This document shows, piece after piece, positions 13,372 to 27,573 of a stretch of DNA of 64,000 nt (position 1 is its first letter; the number at the start of each line of letters is the position of its first letter). The stretch is from NCBI GenBank assembly GCA_951406725.2, contig OX597833.1, positions 21,514,001-21,578,000 on the forward strand. The letters run 5' to 3'. The position numbers and the translations under genes are program-made. The notes under the pieces were generated by a model. The model ran no database searches, was not told the origin of the DNA, and saw nothing but the letters and a program-made list of their open reading frames with translations. Origin of the DNA: Octopus vulgaris. Taxonomy: Eukaryota.

Positions 13372-14055
13372 CATTCATACATTCATACACACATACATAC
13401 ATCCGTACATACATACATCCATCCATCCATACATACATACATACATACATACATTCATTCATTCACACATACATACATACATACATACATACATACATAC
13501 ATACATACATACATACATACATACATACATAGCTCAAGGCTTTGACCTAATAGATACTGCATAGATATGCAGTCTACCATCTTAAACATAATCATCATCA
13601 TCATCATAATCATCATCATCACAATCATCACCACCATCACCACCGCGGCCACCACCACCACTATCATCATCATCACCATCATAGTGTGTAAGTTGTAGAT
13701 ATTGAAGAAATGAACTGAACTGAAAGTTAAAGAGCCGAGGCAGAAAAATAGAAGCACCGAACTGAAAGATTCACCTTATGTACTATCACATACACACGCA
13801 CATAACCATTTCTTCGATGTTATCACCACACGCTACTATAACCAATACAAGTCAATCTTAGCATCTAATATATCTTGGAAGGAGGACTTTGTTTCGGGTT
13901 TTTTTTTTTTGTTGTTTTGTGTTTTTTTTTTATTTTGGCGAAATAAAATATTTTTTGATAAAAGGATTTTCAAGAAATGATAAATAAATATGCGAAAAGG
14001 AGAATAGGCTTTAGAAGAGAACGGAAAGAATGAAAGGATCGCTTAATCGGTTCTT

Positions 14056-14059
<4 letters not shown>

Positions 14060-14117
<58 letters not shown>

Positions 14118-14155
14118 CCTATCTATCTATCTATCTCTATCTATCTATCTCTATC

Positions 14156-14214
<59 letters not shown>

Positions 14215-14220
14215 ATCTAC

Positions 14221-14262
<42 letters not shown>

Positions 14263-14278
14263 CTATCTATCTATCTCG

Positions 14279-14349
<71 letters not shown>
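14060..14349. repeat. (CT)n/(CTAT)n compound microsatellite
   Basis: Seen directly in the sequence. Confidence 0.9.
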
Positions 14350-14353
<4 letters not shown>

Positions 14354-14564
14354 GTTCTATTTTTATTTACATTTTTATTCCTTGCTTACCTATGAATGGC
14401 TATAGATGGATATGTGCATTTGCATGTGTGTGTGTGCGTGTGTGTATGTGTGTGTGTGCACGCGTGTGTGTGTGCACGCGTGTATGTGTGAAGGGAGCAT
14501 GGCCTAGTGGTTAGGCAGTGTTGCAATCACGATCGTGAGAGCGTTGTTTCGATCCCCGGACCGG

Positions 14565-14605
<41 letters not shown>

Positions 14606-14997
14606 TAGTAATAGAAAGATAACAGAATAATGAATGAGACCTCGATATTGTGTAAATAGAGGAATTTATCTGTAATATAATATGTGGCAATCATTCGTTT
14701 CCCATAATAAACTCCGAGTTTCGGATGTCGGGGCGCAAAACTGCTCCGGCATCTCGTCAGTTATCGAGTCAATCAGAAAATGCTGTGAAAATGACCGTTA
14801 AACAAAGGGAAATTACTATGTAATTGACCGTTATTAAGACAAAAGAGCTATTAGAACGACCGTTAAATAAGGGGAAAAAACCGAAGGGGGGAAAGTAAAA
14901 GAGATAGGAAGTAAAAATGCTCATAGAAATCGCGTATGCGCGCATATACATACATACATACACGTGCGCGCACGCGCATGCGTGTATATACATATGC

Positions 14998-15125
14998 ACG
15001 GGGGGTACCCAAAAGTAACCGGAAACGTTCTCTTTGGGACAAGCCCGTTGTAGTTCGGGCTTCCGCTGCCAGAAGGCACTTGATATGAACCTCAGGCATC
15101 AGCCTTCCGACCGGCGTCTTCGGGT
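14998..15125 (+). mobile_element. Left end of the same mariner family as 62988-63866
   Basis: GGGGGTACCCAAAAGTAACCGGAAACGTTCTCTTTGGGACAAGCCCGTTGTA is near-identical to the sequence from 62991 onward. Confidence 0.75.
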
Positions 15126-15273
15126 GGGGTGATGTCGTACTGCTATGTGGTGTGTCTTTGTTTTATATATAAACTGTTCTGGAATAAATATAGAGAAACT
15201 CGCTGTTATATGCACAAACATCAACACGCGTAATATTGGCGGAACATTCCCATCAAAACTCCTGTCAAATGTA

Positions 15274-15340
<67 letters not shown>

Positions 15341-15516
15341 ATGTATGTATGCCTATACAATGACACATGTAAATACACATACACACATACATATATACAT
15401 ATTTATGTACATAGATAAATGTACGTTTCTACATATATATGTATTTATAAGTCCACATGTAGCAATTTATTTATATTTGTGTTTATATATACGTATGTGA
15501 GTGCATGTTGTATATG

Positions 15517-15551
<35 letters not shown>

Positions 15552-15592
15552 GGGGGAAGGAGGGAGGGAAAGGAAAGAGATAGATAGATAGG

Positions 15593-15644
<52 letters not shown>

Positions 15645-16418
15645 ATGCATATATATATATATAAGCTCATACAAACACACAAACACACACGCACATGCAC
15701 ACACACACACATACACACACACACACAGAGTATGGAGCGAGAGGCAGAGGGGGGGAGGAGAGAAAGAGTGTGAAATACGGAATTTTTTCAGTGAACAGGT
15801 TGCGGTCTCAAAGCGATGAAAATATTTTGACAATTTAAATTCAAATGTTGAAGTGAATCCAACGGTTTTTGTGTGTTTCTTAAATGGCTTATAAACACTA
15901 TCCACGCTGCAATTGTTTTCGTTTCAGCACACGATCTCAGATCAGGTCACTTGCTATGAAAATACATCTGCGTAACATACAACATAAATTCTTGCTTTAT
16001 TTAAATTATCTCCCCTTCTAGATGATGTACCAATAATTAACAAAAGGTAAATAAGACCGACTCCAAATAAGAAGTGGGGGGTAATTTCTAGAATGAAGTT
16101 GAAATACCATTAATAATATTATAGTCATATTGCGTGGATATTGTAATATCGTAGTAATTTTTTTATCTTTTACCTGTTTCAATCATTAGACTACGGCCAT
16201 GCTGGGGCACCGCCTGGAAGAATTTTAGTAGAACGAGTCGATTCCAGCACTTAGTTTTCCAAAGCCTAGTACTTATTTTGTCGGTTCCATTTGCCGAACC
16301 GCTAAGTTATTCAAAGAATGTTATAATATTGTACTAATACAATAGTAATATTGTTGTATAGCAGTTATATAATCACCTTGCAATCTGTACTGAAGATACA
16401 AAGAATACCGAAACAGTG

Positions 16419-16490
16419 TCCTCTGTAGTATAGTGGTAAGTATCCCCGCCTGTCACGCGGGTGACCGGGGTTCGATTCCCCGCCGGGGAG
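16419..16490 (+). tRNA. tRNA-Asp(GTC)
   Basis: 72-nt cloverleaf TCCTCTGTAGTATAGTGGTAAGTATCCCCGCCTGTCACGCGGGTGACCGGGGTTCGATTCCCCGCCGGGGAG. The anticodon GTC is at 16452-16454. A and B boxes are intact. There is one T:C mismatch in the acceptor stem. Confidence 0.92.
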
Positions 16491-16496
16491 GTCCAG

Positions 16497-16506
16497 TTTT
16501 TTTTTT
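16497..16506 (+). terminator. Pol III oligo-T terminator of tRNA-Asp
   Basis: A T10 run lies 6 nt downstream of the tRNA 3' end. Confidence 0.75.
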
Positions 16507-17412
16507 AAAGGCGATGCTCCAGCATGGCCACAGTCAAATGATTGAAACAAGTAAAAGAGTAAAAGAGAGAGAGAGTCTGTTTGCAAGTATAGAGATTAAT
16601 AAATATGAAATTCATAAAGAAATGGTTTGTTTTTAAATAAATATTTTAAGTACAATATATTAGAAAATTTAAGAAAATTCAATGGTTTTATCTACACTGT
16701 TAAAAGCCTCGCAAGCTTCTCTCTCGTTTGTAAAAAGTAAATGACCCCTTCATAACAAATCTTCTGTCTAGAAGTAAAGGGTGCCACTTCTGACTGGGTG
16801 CTTTTTTGCGTAAGGATGTCGAGGCATGTGCAACTTATAAACGATAGTCAGAAAATAATGGAAAACCACCCTTTAGGTACGTTCTGGGCTCAAACGCGTA
16901 CACGCACACACAGACACACGCACACACGCATACACACACACACATACATACACACACACATACATATGTTAAAAACAGAAAATTTCCTGTATTTGAATTT
17001 CGATCGATTTTTCTGCCTCTTAACAAAGAGAAGAAAATGCATTTATTACATTTACCATCATTACTATTTCTAAACTATATGTAGTTCTCTCTCTTCCTCT
17101 CTCCCTCTCTCTTTCTATCGCTCTTCCCACCCTTGTTTTTGAAATTAAAACAATTAATTTTATCATCTAGACTTCTTTCCTGAACTGTTCAAATGTATAA
17201 TAAATAATGTAATGACCTAGCCCTTTGTTCTGAAGAATCATAAAATACCGAGACAGTCTGTCTACTGTTATACAGGGATTAGTCAATATTCATTACATGG
17301 AAAATATATTGTCTATAATTACTTTCTAATCCATAACAATTTGAAAAAAGAACTTTTCCACATGCTTCTTTCCTGCTTTCTCTTTAAGAAAACCGAAATA
17401 TTACAAGATTAC

Positions 17413-17460
<48 letters not shown>

Positions 17461-17625
17461 CTTAGAACCGGAAACTACATAGTAGTTAAACAAAGTGCCA
17501 TTTAGAGCAGCGCAACACGGAGAACTGCTAGAATTATCACTCCAATCACTGATAAGAATTTTATATTTTCTAAATTCATTTCTCACAGTGAAAATGTTTT
17601 CCACATTTCAGTGAGACAGAACTAC

Positions 17626-17750
<125 letters not shown>

Positions 17751-17773
17751 ATATGTATGTATGTATGTATGTG

Positions 17774-17818
<45 letters not shown>

Positions 17819-17890
17819 ATGTATATATATATTTATTTATGTATGTATGCATATGTATATATATATATATGTATGTGTGTGTATTGTATG

Positions 17891-17959
<69 letters not shown>

Positions 17960-18765
17960 GCATACATGTCAGGTCACTTTCGAGTGCTACTGGTAACATG
18001 TAACCTAGTACAACCTGTTGCATGGTCAGGCCGTCGGCGACTAAACCGGTAACTCCACCAAGCTTGCTTGGTGAGGAGGGTGTTTATTGGACACCCTGCG
18101 GGATGAAAAACAAAACCCGTCAAAGTGTGGAGGAACTCTTGAGAGTCAACGGCCATCCAATAAATGTGTAATTTTAAAATTTTTTTCTTAAGGTTGTATC
18201 ATGCGCGGGGACATAGAAATAATCGGACTGAATACCCGATCGCGCGGTTAAACCATTGGGAGTGAAAGACTCCTAGCCTTTGTTTGGGCATCCTCCTAGG
18301 AGAAGGTAACTCAGGTAACTGGGATAACTCCGACATAAAACCTGCGGTTCAGTGGTTACCGATGATGTTGACTTGTTCTTCTTTTCGGATTATGGCTGCT
18401 GTTGCTTAGTGAGTGGGATTGACTCAGTGCACAGCCTTTCCTCACTTTAAGAAAAATTTTCTTGCACAGGCATTGCACGATAACAACATTGTTAATGATT
18501 GTTGATGGTGCTGCGAGTCGCAAATGAATGGCTGGCTGTAGCCTTAAAAAGCAAATAAAAGTCACATTCGATAACAGCACCAATAACAGTTAAGCTTCGT
18601 GCAATGGCTATACTCGATAACGAGGGGGCTGCCATCATGTATGTATACATGTATGTATGTATGCATGTATGTATATGTATATGTATATGTATGTATATAT
18701 ATATCGTTCTTAAGCAAAAATGTTGTTAGCAGTGACTTCGAAGTCGCTCTCAACAATATTCTTGT

Positions 18766-18832
<67 letters not shown>

Positions 18833-19514
18833 TATATTCTTCTTTTTCTTTTTACTTGTTTCAGTCATTTGACTGCGGCCATGCTAGAGCACCGACTTTT
18901 AATTTTTAAAAAATCGACCCCATATATTTATATATATATATATATATTCACTGGTCCTCCCACCAAAACTTTCGGGCCTAGAGTAGAAAAGAATATATAT
19001 ATTTTATTCTTTACTTGAGCTGCGGCGATCCTAGGGCACCAGAATCAAGGGCTGAGTCGAACTGAGTACTTATTTTCTGCTTAGTACTTTAGTACTAATG
19101 TTATTGGTGACATTTTACATTTTCAAACTGTTAAAAATCTACTTATGTGGACGATTCAGATGGAATCATTTGCAACAACTATAGTCATTAAGTTGGTCAT
19201 TAAGCTGTTGGGTTAGTATAGGCGGTGGTTGTTTTTTGTAGTGTTGTTGATTTATTGGTATTGATTAGCACATAGTGGTGGTAGTGAGATCAAATTATAT
19301 GTGTATGTATGTATGTATGTATGTATGTATGTATGTATGTATGTATGTATGTATGTATGTATGTATGTACGTACGATTGTTTGCATGCATATTTGTATGT
19401 TTGTACGTATGTACGCAAGTATGTATGTATGTATGTTTGTTTGTTAGCAAGTTTGTATGTATGTATGTATGTATGCATGCATGTATGTATTGACAGACAG
19501 ACAGACAGACAGAC

Positions 19515-19601
<87 letters not shown>

Positions 19602-19661
19602 AAGAGAGAGAGGGACAAAGAGAATATTTGTGTTTGTGTACATTTTCTCGTAACAAAATGA

Positions 19662-19719
<58 letters not shown>

Positions 19720-19785
19720 CATGGCCACAGTTCATTAGCTGAAACTGGAAAAATCAAAAATCAAATATATATATATGTATGTATA

Positions 19786-20322
19786 TACGGGTACAGGACT
19801 CCACCAACGGTTCAAAAACAACATGAAATACGTAAACAACGAGAAAAAATGGAGAACAGAACAAGTAAACACAGAGAAAGGACCATTTATCAGTTGTCGG
19901 CTGTCTATCTACTCCCCACTTCGAGCATCCAACGAAAATATGAGTCTTCAAAGACAGTTGCTCCCATAAATTCTGTAACAGATTTTAGGATTTATGGCGG
20001 GTCAAAGTTGGGAACAAAAACATGACAGTGTAGTCATACAAGGAAACCGAACGAAAACAAAGACAGAATAGACTCCTTTCTCTGTGCTTATTTGTCTTGT
20101 TCTTCATTTTATCTAGCTGTTTACGTATTTAACTCATTTACTATAGGTTGTTTAATAGTTATTACTTAATTGAACGCCACGCATCCATTTCCATGTAGGT
20201 TTATCTTCACTTTTTTGATGCAACTCTTTTCTCTATACTGTTTTTTTCCTCCATCCTTCTGTAATTCCCTTTTTCTCCCAACCCTTATTCATCGTTTTCT
20301 ATCTATCTCCCTCTCTTTCCCC

Positions 20323-20353
<31 letters not shown>

Positions 20354-20439
20354 GTTGCTCACACGGGACCATCGTCCATCTTTCTTTTCTTCATGTTTCC
20401 ATCTTTATTTTCCTGCACGGGCGTTCAAAAGAACGGCCG

Positions 20440-20476
<37 letters not shown>

Positions 20477-20822
20477 CTTTTCTCTTTTCAAAACAATATT
20501 TATCACAGCGTTCACTATTTTCCTCTTGTTCTGGTCTAACGACCCTCCATATTTGTTTCCATTCGGGTTCCTTGTATGTTTCCACTGTTATGTTTTTGTT
20601 CCCAACTTTGACCCTCCATAAATCCTAAATTTTATTTTAGAATTTAAGGGAGCAACTGTCTTTGAAGACACATATTGTCGTTGAATGATCGAAATAAGGA
20701 ATAGATAGCCGACAATTGATCAAGGGTCCTTTCTCTGTGTTTACTTGTCCAGTTCTCCCTTTTTTTCTCGTTGTTTATGTATTTCATGTTGTTTGAACCG
20801 TTGGTGACGTCCTGCACCCATA
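19786..20822. repeat. Inverted pair of ~280-bp repeats (19786-20065 and 20548-20822), probably Penelope-like
   Basis: The two segments are diverged reverse complements; for example GGTCAAAGTTGGGAACAAAAACAT pairs with ATGTTTTTGTTCCCAACTTTGACC. Confidence 0.75.
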
Positions 20823-20831
20823 TATGCATGC

Positions 20832-20946
<115 letters not shown>

Positions 20947-22251
20947 TGTGTATATATGTATATATATATATATACTATTTAATATTCACTATTTAATTGA
21001 ACGCCACGCATCCATTTCCCAGTTTCTATATGTGTGTGTGTGTGTGTGTAGGTACCACAATATTTTTTTTAACTCGAAGTCGAGACAAAGAAAACAAATA
21101 AAGGCATGTTAATTTCACGCTCAGGAAATTGCAATAAGTCTTTGACGTTTCGAGCCTACGCTCTTCTCAGGAAAGGAAAGTTGAGGAGAGAGAAAAATAA
21201 AAAGGAAAGTTCAAGCGTGTCTCAATTACACAGTGACTGCATTCTGGAATGACTGGAAGAAGAAGAAATAGGTTTGAGGTGTGTGAGGTAAAAAAACAAC
21301 AGTGATATGGCATATGTGTGCGTGTGTGTGTGAGGAGGCACGTGTGTGTGTCTGTGTATGTGTTAGTGTGTCTTTGAAACTAATGTGTGTGTGTATTTTC
21401 TGTGTGTCTGAGCGTGTGTGCACACGAGTATGAGCATGCGTATGCGTTTGTGTGTGTGTGTATGTGTGTACGCGTGTGTGTGCGCGCGCGCGTGCGTGTG
21501 CGTGCGTGTGCGTGCGTGTGCGTGTGCGTGCGTGTGCATGTGCGTGCGTGTGCGTGCGTGTGCGTGCGTGTGCGTGTGCGTGTGTGTGTGTGTGCGTGCG
21601 TGTGCGTTTGTGTGTGAATCTCATTGTAGACGATGCAAACAGATATAAGCACCGATCAGTAAACCATCTTGTTGGCTGAAAACATAAACAAAGCCAACGC
21701 CTTTGTCTAGACTCAAAGTTCAGGTTACTTCTGCTGAGGAGGCAAAACATGTCGAAACACCGGTTTCCCAAAGTGCCGTGCAACAGTGAGACAAATGTAA
21801 TGAACACACTGTCGCCTTAAAATGGAAAAGTTATTCTCCTAAGACGAAACACTACAGCGCCCAGCATGTTTTGCATCTGATCCTGCGTAGAAGTCTTAAG
21901 AATAATTATGCCAATATTCAATCCGGAACTCGCTGTAGACAGCACTAACAACGATTGTCTGTGTGTGGGGGTGTCTTTCTCTCTCTCTCTTTCTCTCTCT
22001 CTCTCTTTCTCTGTGCGTGTGCACTTGCGTTTGTTTATGTATATATGTAAGCATGTATGTATGTACATCTAATATACATTACATATGCATGTATAATGTA
22101 TTATGCATTCAAATGATACATTAAAATATATATATATATATATATATATAATACAGCTATATATACATAAATATATATATATGTTTGCCCGTATATATAT
22201 ATATATACATACACATATGTATGTATATATGAATTATGCTGTATGTCTGTC

Positions 22252-22290
<39 letters not shown>

Positions 22291-22417
22291 TATGTATTTT
22301 ATATATAACATATATGAGAAATGTATGTCATATATTATATATATAAGTATATGTGTTTGTGTGTAGTATACATATATGACACGCACATACACACATACAC
22401 ATATATACATGCGCACG

Positions 22418-22456
<39 letters not shown>

Positions 22457-22568
22457 CAATTTGACTGCCGAATCCTTTAAAGAAAAATCTCGACTAGATT
22501 AACGTCTCATGATTTTGCTACACGTTTATGTTGTTGTCGTAGCAGCAGCTGTTGTTGTTGATGCTGTT

Positions 22569-22613
<45 letters not shown>

Positions 22614-22967
22614 TGTTGCTCTTCTGTTTCATTTCTTTCGTTTTTTTTTTTTCTCTGATTCATATAATTAATTATTTTATTGATTTTTAACGTTTGCCTT
22701 CCCTTTGCTTTATTTTTATTTTTATTTTTTATTTTTAATTTTAGTTTTTTTTTTAAATTTTCTGTTCTCTTTTATCTCTTGATGACATCCATCACTATCA
22801 TTGTCGTCGTCGCCACCACCGCCGCCACCACCACCACCATCACTAGCAGCATATCATCATCATCATCATCATAATCATTATCCTCATCTTCATCATCATC
22901 ATCATCATCGGTATTAGTCTCTTCATCGAAAATGACCACCCTTACCACCATTACCATCGTCATCAAC

Positions 22968-23015
<48 letters not shown>

Positions 23016-23499
23016 GTCATCATCTTCATCATCTTCATCATCATCATCATTATCCTCATCATCTTATTCACCATCGTCATCGTTCTCATCGCCACTATGA
23101 CCAGCATCAGTATCGTCTTCATCCCCTCATGATCAGTATCAAGGCCGCTTACATCATCCCACCGCTACCATCATTATCCATACTATCACTTTCTATCACC
23201 GTGACCCCCCCTCACCTGCATTATCACCATCACCATTTCTAACATCAACACCACCGCCTTGAAGACCACCCATACCATGTCGCTACCACCATCGCATCAT
23301 CAGCGCCGTTAGACATATCCTCCATTACCATCTTCGCCCACATCACTTCCATTATTAATGCCATCTGTGGTCACCACAACCATCAAAACCAACATCATCA
23401 CTGTGATCATCACAACCAGTGACGTCGTAATAATAGTAAAAGATCCCCAGCATGGCCGCGGCCTTCGGGCTAAAACATTTTTAAGGATTTAAGGATTTA

Positions 23500-23848
23500 A
23501 GAAGCAGTGGGAAGAGCATCATAGCCGTTTGTTGAGGGGGCTTCTTAGGGATTTGAACAATTCAACGTCCGGAAACATGGATGTTATTTCAACATCCTTC
23601 AACAACCCTTATTCAGAGACCTTTTGAGCAGGATGGGCTACTCGTCCGGAAGAAAATTTTAACTGGGCCCCCACCTGCAAAGTCATGCGTTGGTTATCTC
23701 GATATGAAGCTACCATGTCGCGTACATATGGTTGTGATGCATGTGCCTGGTGTAATCTTACTGGACGGGTAGACATGATGGGTATATTGGGATTCATATA
23801 TTTGTACCCCAACATAACTTTGATGGCATGCACTACTCTCTCACTCAA
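23500..23848 (+). mobile_element. 5'-truncated copy of the (TAA)n-associated element at 7119-7677
   Basis: Colinear similarity with the 7119-7677 copy, and the same 3' end running into (TAA)n. Confidence 0.65.
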
Positions 23849-23865
23849 TAATAATAATAATAATA

Positions 23866-23927
<62 letters not shown>

Positions 23928-23928
23928 T

Positions 23929-24457
23929 AAAGACGGAGAAGAAATACTAGTAGACTAATAGGTGTAAGTGTTCCAACTGATAAAAATATATCTGTCGAGG
24001 AATTTGACAAATTAAGTAAATATAAGGACCTGGGAATAGAAATGCAAAAGATGTGGCATCTTAAAGCGAGAACTGTTCCTGTTATTGTGGGTGCCCTTGG
24101 CATGATAAGAAAGGGATGTCAGAAACATCTAGATAATATCCCAGGAGAACCATGTCTCAAAGAAATCCAAAAGATTTTTCTGACAAGTACTGCACGCATC
24201 CTTAGAGAAATCATATCAATTTAAATGTATGTCGCTACCACCATCACCATCATCAGCACTGCTAGACATATCCTCTCACCCCTATCGTTACCATCATGTA
24301 TGACATGAAAATATTTCGCTACTGTCCCTGTCACATTCCCTCCCCAAGCTTTCAGTCATACAGTAACATCTCTTATCCTTCACTAGCCCCAGGACGCTGG
24401 GTGTGTCTCGGCGAGTAATTGTAACAAACATGCAAATTAAAAGTAAATAATAATAAT
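23929..24457 (+). mobile_element. R4/Dong-like non-LTR retrotransposon 3' fragment (restriction-like endonuclease and 3' UTR)
   Basis: Translation VSVPTDKNISVEEFDKLSKYKDLGIEMQKMWHLKARTVPVIVGALGMI...EIQKIFLTSTARILR fits an RLE C-terminus. The fragment is bounded by (TAA)n. Confidence 0.75.
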
Positions 24458-24666
24458 CCTTTTTACTATAGGCACAAGACCTGAAATTTAGGTGAGGGGG
24501 ATAGTCGATAACATCGACCCCAATGCGTAATTGATACTTAATTTGACCGCGAAAAGATGAAAGACGAAGTCGACCTCGGCGGAATTTGAACTCAGAACAT
24601 AGTTTGCAGACGAAATAATGCTAAGCATTTCGCCCGGCATACTAACGATTATGCCAGCCTACTGCC

Positions 24667-24728
<62 letters not shown>

Positions 24729-25156
24729 CCTTTTTACTGGAAGCACAAGGCCTCAAATTTTGGGGAAGGGATTAAGTCGATTACATCGACCCCACTGCGT
24801 AATTGGTACTTATTTAATCGACTCCGAAAGGATAAAAAGCAAAGTCGACCTCGGAGGAATTTGAACTCAGAACGCAGCGCCGAGCGAAATACCGCTAAAC
24901 ATTTCGCCCAGCGTGCTAACGATTCTGACAGCTCGTCGAATCCTTTCTTCTAAAGGCACAAGGCCTGAAATTTTGAGGGAAGCGGTAAGTCAATTACATT
25001 GACCCCCAGTGTTTCACTGCTACTTAATTTATCGACCCCGAAAGGATGAAAGGCAAAGTCAACCTTGGCAGAATTTTAATTCAGAACACAGAGATGGGCG
25101 AAATACCATTCAGCATTTTGTCCATTGCACTAACAATCCTGCCAGCTCACCACCTT
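24457..25156 (-). mobile_element. Three SINE family A copies interspersed with (TAA)n
   Basis: Repeated GAATTTGAACTCAGAAC and AAAGTCGACCTCGG (reverse-complement B-box region). Confidence 0.8.
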
Positions 25157-25160
25157 AATG

Positions 25161-25210
<50 letters not shown>

Positions 25211-25742
25211 CGCCTCCATCACTATCACCACTACCATCATCACCACCATTATGAAATACATATATTTCAATATGTCTGCCAAGTGACATAATATACAATT
25301 AATTTAATCATCATGTAGGAAGACACAGCGAGATAACTTACTGTTAAGTTATTGATAATGAAATAATGGCTGTTTATGATGTGTCTATTTCTATGTCTGT
25401 GTCTGCTTTTTGTATCAGTATGTGTGCGTGTGTGTGCATGCGTGTGTCAGTGTGTGTGTGTGTCTGTGTGGCTTGTATATGTGGAGGCGGCTGAATGGTT
25501 AAATGTGCTAGTGTTTAGGTGTCCTGTTTGTATGTGTGTGCATGTGTTTATATGTGTATGTGTTTATGTGCATGTGTGTAGCTGTGTGTGAGTGTGTACG
25601 TGTGTGTGTGTGTGTTTGTTTGCAGGCGTCCATGTGTTCACATGTGTACGTGTAGATTCGTGTACTCGCTTGTGTGTAAAGGTATATAACTTAGCTTCTG
25701 TGTGTTTGTGTGTGTATGTGTTTGTGTGCATGCTTATGTATG

Positions 25743-25790
<48 letters not shown>

Positions 25791-25814
25791 ATTGTATGTA
25801 ATGTTTTATTCGTT

Positions 25815-26041
25815 TATTCTTTTATTTGTTTCAGTCATTTGACTACGGCCATGCTGGAGCACCACCTTTAGTCGAGCAAATCGACCCCAGGACATATATT
25901 TTGTAAGCCTAGTACTTATTCTATCGAGTCTCTTTTGCCGAACCGCTAAGTTACGAGAACGTAAACGCACCAGCATCGGTTGTCAAGCGATGTTGGGGGG
26001 ACAAACACAGACGCACAAACATACATACATACATACATACA

Positions 26042-26118
<77 letters not shown>

Positions 26119-26866
26119 GATGGTTTTCTTTCAATTTCCATACACCAAATCCACTCACAAGACTTTGATCGGCCCCGAGACTATAGTAGAAACACTTGCC
26201 CACGCTGTGGGACTGAAGCCGGAACAACGTGGTTGGTTAGCAAGCTTCTTATTTCTTTATTGCCTACAAGGGGCTAAACATAGAGGGGACAAACAAGGAC
26301 AGACAAACGGATTAAGTCGATTATATCGACCCTAGTGCGTAACTAGTGAAGGCGCATGGCTCAGTGGTTAGAGCGTCGAGCTTACGATCGTGAGGTTGTG
26401 AGCTCGAATCCCGGACCGGGCTGCGTGTTGTGTTCTTGAGCAAGGCACTTTATTTCACGTTGCTCCAGTTCACTCAGCTGTAGAAATGAGTTGCGACGTC
26501 ACTGGTGCCAAGCTGTATCGACCTTTGTCTTTCCCTTGGATAACACTGGTGGTGTGGAGAGGGAGGCTGGTATGCATGGGCGACTGCTGGTCTTCCATAA
26601 ACAACCTTGCCCGGACTTGTGTCTAGGAGGGTAACTTTCTAGGTGCAATCCCATGGTCATTCATGACCGAAGGGGGTCTTTACCCTAGTGCGTAACTGGT
26701 ACTTAATTTATCGACCCCGAAAGGATGAAAGGCAAAGTCGACCTCGGCGGAATTTGAACTCAGAACGTGACGAAATACTAAGCATTTCGCTCGGCGTGGG
26801 TAACGTTTCTGCCAGCTCGCCACCTTTGTGGTAAGCAAACTTCTTACCACACAGCTACTCCCGCGC
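25815..26866 (-). mobile_element. SINE family B copy interrupted by SINE A (26251-26826, -), itself interrupted by SINE D
   Basis: The B head resumes at 26829. Degenerate TSD TGGT(T/A)AGCAA(G/A)CTTCTT. Confidence 0.8.
26348..26681 (+). mobile_element. tRNA-derived SINE family D, full length
   Basis: Head GAAGGCGCATGGCTCAGTGGTTAGAGCGTCGAGCTTACGA...TCGAATCCC. 19-bp TSD with 1 mismatch at 26329-26347 and 26682-26700. Another copy lies at about 61815-62073 (-). Confidence 0.85.
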
Positions 26867-27573
26867 TGTGTGTATGTGTGTGCGTGTAAGAGTCTTGATT
26901 TCTACATGTAAAAAGGGAGAAAACAATAAAATGCAATACATGTAAATTAAGTGTCAACTTTATAAATTGCTAACATATTGGCTTCCTACTCACGACATTC
27001 TGGGTTCGAACCACATCTACAACACGACTATAGGATAGCATTACTAGCGACAGAATCGCTAGAGCGTCGAACAAAATGATTTATCCGGCCGAGGTTAACT
27101 TTTTGCCATTCATACTTCCAAGGAAGATAAAATTAAGTTTTAGTGAAGTATTGAGCTCGATGTAACCATCCGCAAATTTAAGTAGGGATTCATAAGTTTG
27201 GTTCTTTTTAATCCCTCAATGAAATCGAGAACTCGTCCTCCTCCTCCTCGTTAAGTAGGCCTGGTGGTGTTGCAAGTTTTGTCGCCAACGGCCTAACCGT
27301 ACAACAGGTTTGCTATGGGGTTTGTAACCATAAGATGTTTCCGAGTATGCTGTTATGGAGTGATGACCATGCCTTGTACAGTTAAGGGCTGCAGTCTGGC
27401 AAGGCCACCTGTTGAGCCACTCCTGCCGGGGAAACGGCGTAGTCATAGGCTGCAGCATGGCGAATTGTGAAAAGGTAGCGAAAGATCTCAGCGGAGCCAA
27501 CGGTGTTTCTTACATCGATGCCGAGTGGAGGAAATGTAGAAGATCAACGGTCAAGATCATCAAACTCTAACAA

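Noticed and set aside
21728-21775. CTGAGGA-GGCA..TGTC-GAAA hammerhead-like core
   Set aside because: There is no stem I complement after the putative cleavage site.
26348-26420. tRNA-Arg-like sequences (also 12808, 52237, 54415)
   Set aside because: They are SINE heads: poor acceptor stems, continuing into SINE bodies with TSDs.
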